The notes under the pieces: generated by a model
Told to the model about the DNA's origin: nothing
What the model saw: the letters and a program-made list of their open reading frames with translations, nothing else
The model's database searches: none
Part shown: positions 61,872-64,000 of the stretch, piece by piece
How positions within the stretch are numbered: the stretch's first letter is position 1
Layout of the letters: every line of letters begins with the position of its first letter
Assembly (NCBI GenBank): GCA_028534125.1
Contig: CM052816.1
Coordinates: forward strand, 6,388,001 to 6,452,000
Source of the DNA: Lama glama
Lineage: Eukaryota
Direction: 5' to 3'
Length of the DNA: 64,000 nt
Translations under genes and position numbers: made by a program

Positions 61872-63185
61872 CTAGTAGAACAAAATAGATAAACTTTTCC
61901 CTATTTCTCCTGCTAACTTCGAATGAAAACCCTGGATATTGTTTATAAAGCAAACATAAGACGACTCTGAAACGTGAGGGGGACGTGGGAGACTAGATAT
62001 GGTACTGTGCCCTGAACGATGAGTTCCCTTGTTTTGTTTTTTTTTTATCATTTTTGCCTCATACATCCCAGGCTGGGTGCTGGAGAAGCCAGTAACTGGG
62101 AAGTGCCAAAGGGTACAACAACAAAAACAAAAGACACAACAGAAGCCTGCCAAAGGAAAAGGAAAGGGGCCCACTTCCCTTCCCCTCTGTGCGGTACAAC
62201 AGGAGGCCCAGCGGGCTCACCAGCGGTGACAAGGCCACTCCTCTGCCCTAGTGTCAGTGGGCGCACAGAGGAGAAGTAAGGAAGGTTCTTACCTCTTCCA
62301 GCCAGGGAGGTCTTAGTGGAAGCCTAGTGGCACAGGACAAGTCCCAGCAAGGCCCGGTAATGAGGACCCCCTCACCCTCAGGTGCAAACGGAGGCCAAGT
62401 GAGAAACCTGGGCTTCTACTCTGAACTGGCAGCAACGAGGCAAAACCCTCTCACTCATCTACTGCCCGACTAATGTCAGAAATGCCGCTTAAAACACTAG
62501 GTATAAACAAGATCTAGAAAGAAACATTATATCCCAAATATTCAGTTTTCAATTAAACACCACTCAACATACCAAGAAACAGGAAGCCCTCAAACTAAAT
62601 GAAAAAACAATGAACAGATCGCAACACTGAGATGAACGAGAGGCTAAGCTTACCTGGCAAAGGTTTCACAGCAACCATCATAAAAAGGCATCAAGTAATT
62701 AGGCATATTTGAAACGAATGAAAAAAAATAAAGTCTCAACAAAGAAACAGATAGAAAGAACCAAATGCAAGCTATATAACATCAACTATAGTAACTGAAA
62801 GAAAAGTCAATGAGTGGACTTGAAAAAAATGTGGGAGAAAGAAGGAAGAAACAGTGAGTCGGAACAAAGAATACAAATTACCCAATATGAACAGAGAAAA
62901 TAGACAAAAAATAAAAAGAGGCTCAGGGACTTACACGTCTGTAAAAAAAAAAAGATTTAACATTTATGTCATCAGAGTCTCAGGAGTAACTCAAATTACA
63001 GGATTTTTTCTGACTACAATGGAATCAAACTATAAATCAGTAACAAAAAGATAACAGACATATCCAAACATGTGAAAACTGAACAGCATACCTCCAAATA
63101 ATCCAGGGTCAAAGAGGGAGTCACAAGAGAAATTTAAAAAAATGAACTGAACTGAGTGAAAATAAAAATATGACATAACTCATGA
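61872..63185 (+). mobile_element. Old L1 5' UTR / ORF1 / ORF2-endonuclease remnants (L1MD/L1MC-type)
   Basis: 'aaaaccctggatattgtttataaagcaaacataagacgactctgaa', 'ccaggctgggtgctggagaagcc', 'ttttctgactacaatggaatcaaacta'. Confidence 0.75.
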
Positions 63186-64000
63186 AAGGAGACACGCACA
63201 TGACAAGTAAGCATATGAGGAGACGCGCCATACCATACATCATCAAGAAGATGCAAATTAAAGCAACAACTATCAGAATGGTTAACGTCCAAAACACTGA
63301 ATACACCCAGTGCTGGTGAGAATATAGAACACAGGTACCCTCATTCACTGCTTGTGAGGATGCAAAACGGTACAGCCACTCTGGAAGACAGTTTTGTGGT
63401 TTCTTAAACAACTAAGCATAGTCTTACCTTATGATCCAGTAATCACATTCCTTGGTCTTTACTCAAAGGTGTTGAAAGTTTCTGTCCACACAAAAATCTG
63501 TACACAGATGTTTATAGTAGCTTTCTATTCATAACTGCCAGAACCTGAAAGCAAACAAGATATCCTTCAGTAGGTGAATGAATAAATAAACTGTGGTACA
63601 TGCAAACATTGAAATATTATTCAGCACCGAAAAGAAATGAACTATTTAGACCTGAAAAGACATGGAGGAATCTCGAAGTGCATATTAATAAATAAAGGAA
63701 ACCAATGTGAAAAGGCTACATACTATATAATAATTTCAACTATATAACATACTGGAAAGGGTAAACCATGGAGATAGCAAAAAGATAAGCAGTTGCCAGG
63801 GGTTAAGGAGAGGGAGACAGGCAGAGGCAGAGCACAGAGGGTTTTTAGGGCAGCTAAACTATTACATATGATACAGCAATGGTGTTTACCTGTTATTATA
63901 TGTTTGTCAAAATCTATCGAATGTACAATACCTAGAGTGAACTGTAATGCAAACCATGGGCTTTGGGTGATCCCGATGTGTCAATGGAGGGGCATCAGTT
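63186..64000 (+). mobile_element. L1MC1-like 3' region
   Basis: 'ggtacagccactctggaagacagttt', 'ttatgatccagtaatcacattccttgg', 'ggcagagcacagagggtttttagggcag', 'ggctttgggtgat...atgtgtcaatg'; runs off the window end. Confidence 0.9.

Noticed and set aside
1..64000. CRISPR array, operon or other prokaryotic-type system
   Set aside because: No regularly spaced repeat-spacer array and no dense long ORFs; the window is mammalian repeat-rich DNA.

Overview
Mammalian non-coding genomic DNA, made of four contigs (1-8338, 8839-29683, 30184-48380, 48881-64000) joined by three gaps of exactly 500 N. I cannot support any protein-coding gene, rRNA, tRNA or CRISPR array. The listed ORFs are either L1/L2/MIR-derived, gap-spanning, or unrecognised and of a length expected by chance. 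Much of the window is interspersed repeat: old L1M, L2, MIR, MER5, MER20B, Charlie8/MER102, MER53 and MER34-like LTRs. There is also a cluster of young 5'-truncated L1 3' ends that resemble the camelid type; I saw no Alu, B1/B2, PRE-1, Bov-tA or SINEC, so the source is probably a camelid (inference). The most informative structures are: (1) a fragmented hAT-Blackjack transposon with both termini and transposase remnants (35370-39673); (2) an L1 nested in an L1 with a perfect 21-bp target-site duplication; (3) a MER53 with a duplicated hairpin core containing a 19/21 match to miR-1302; (4) a palindrome cluster at 7266-7402; and (5) several repeat-free, motif-dense candidate enhancers. I found no convincing evidence of a new biological system. 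Repeat names come from recall of consensus sequences, and their boundaries are approximate (tens of bp) unless a TSD or terminus is quoted.
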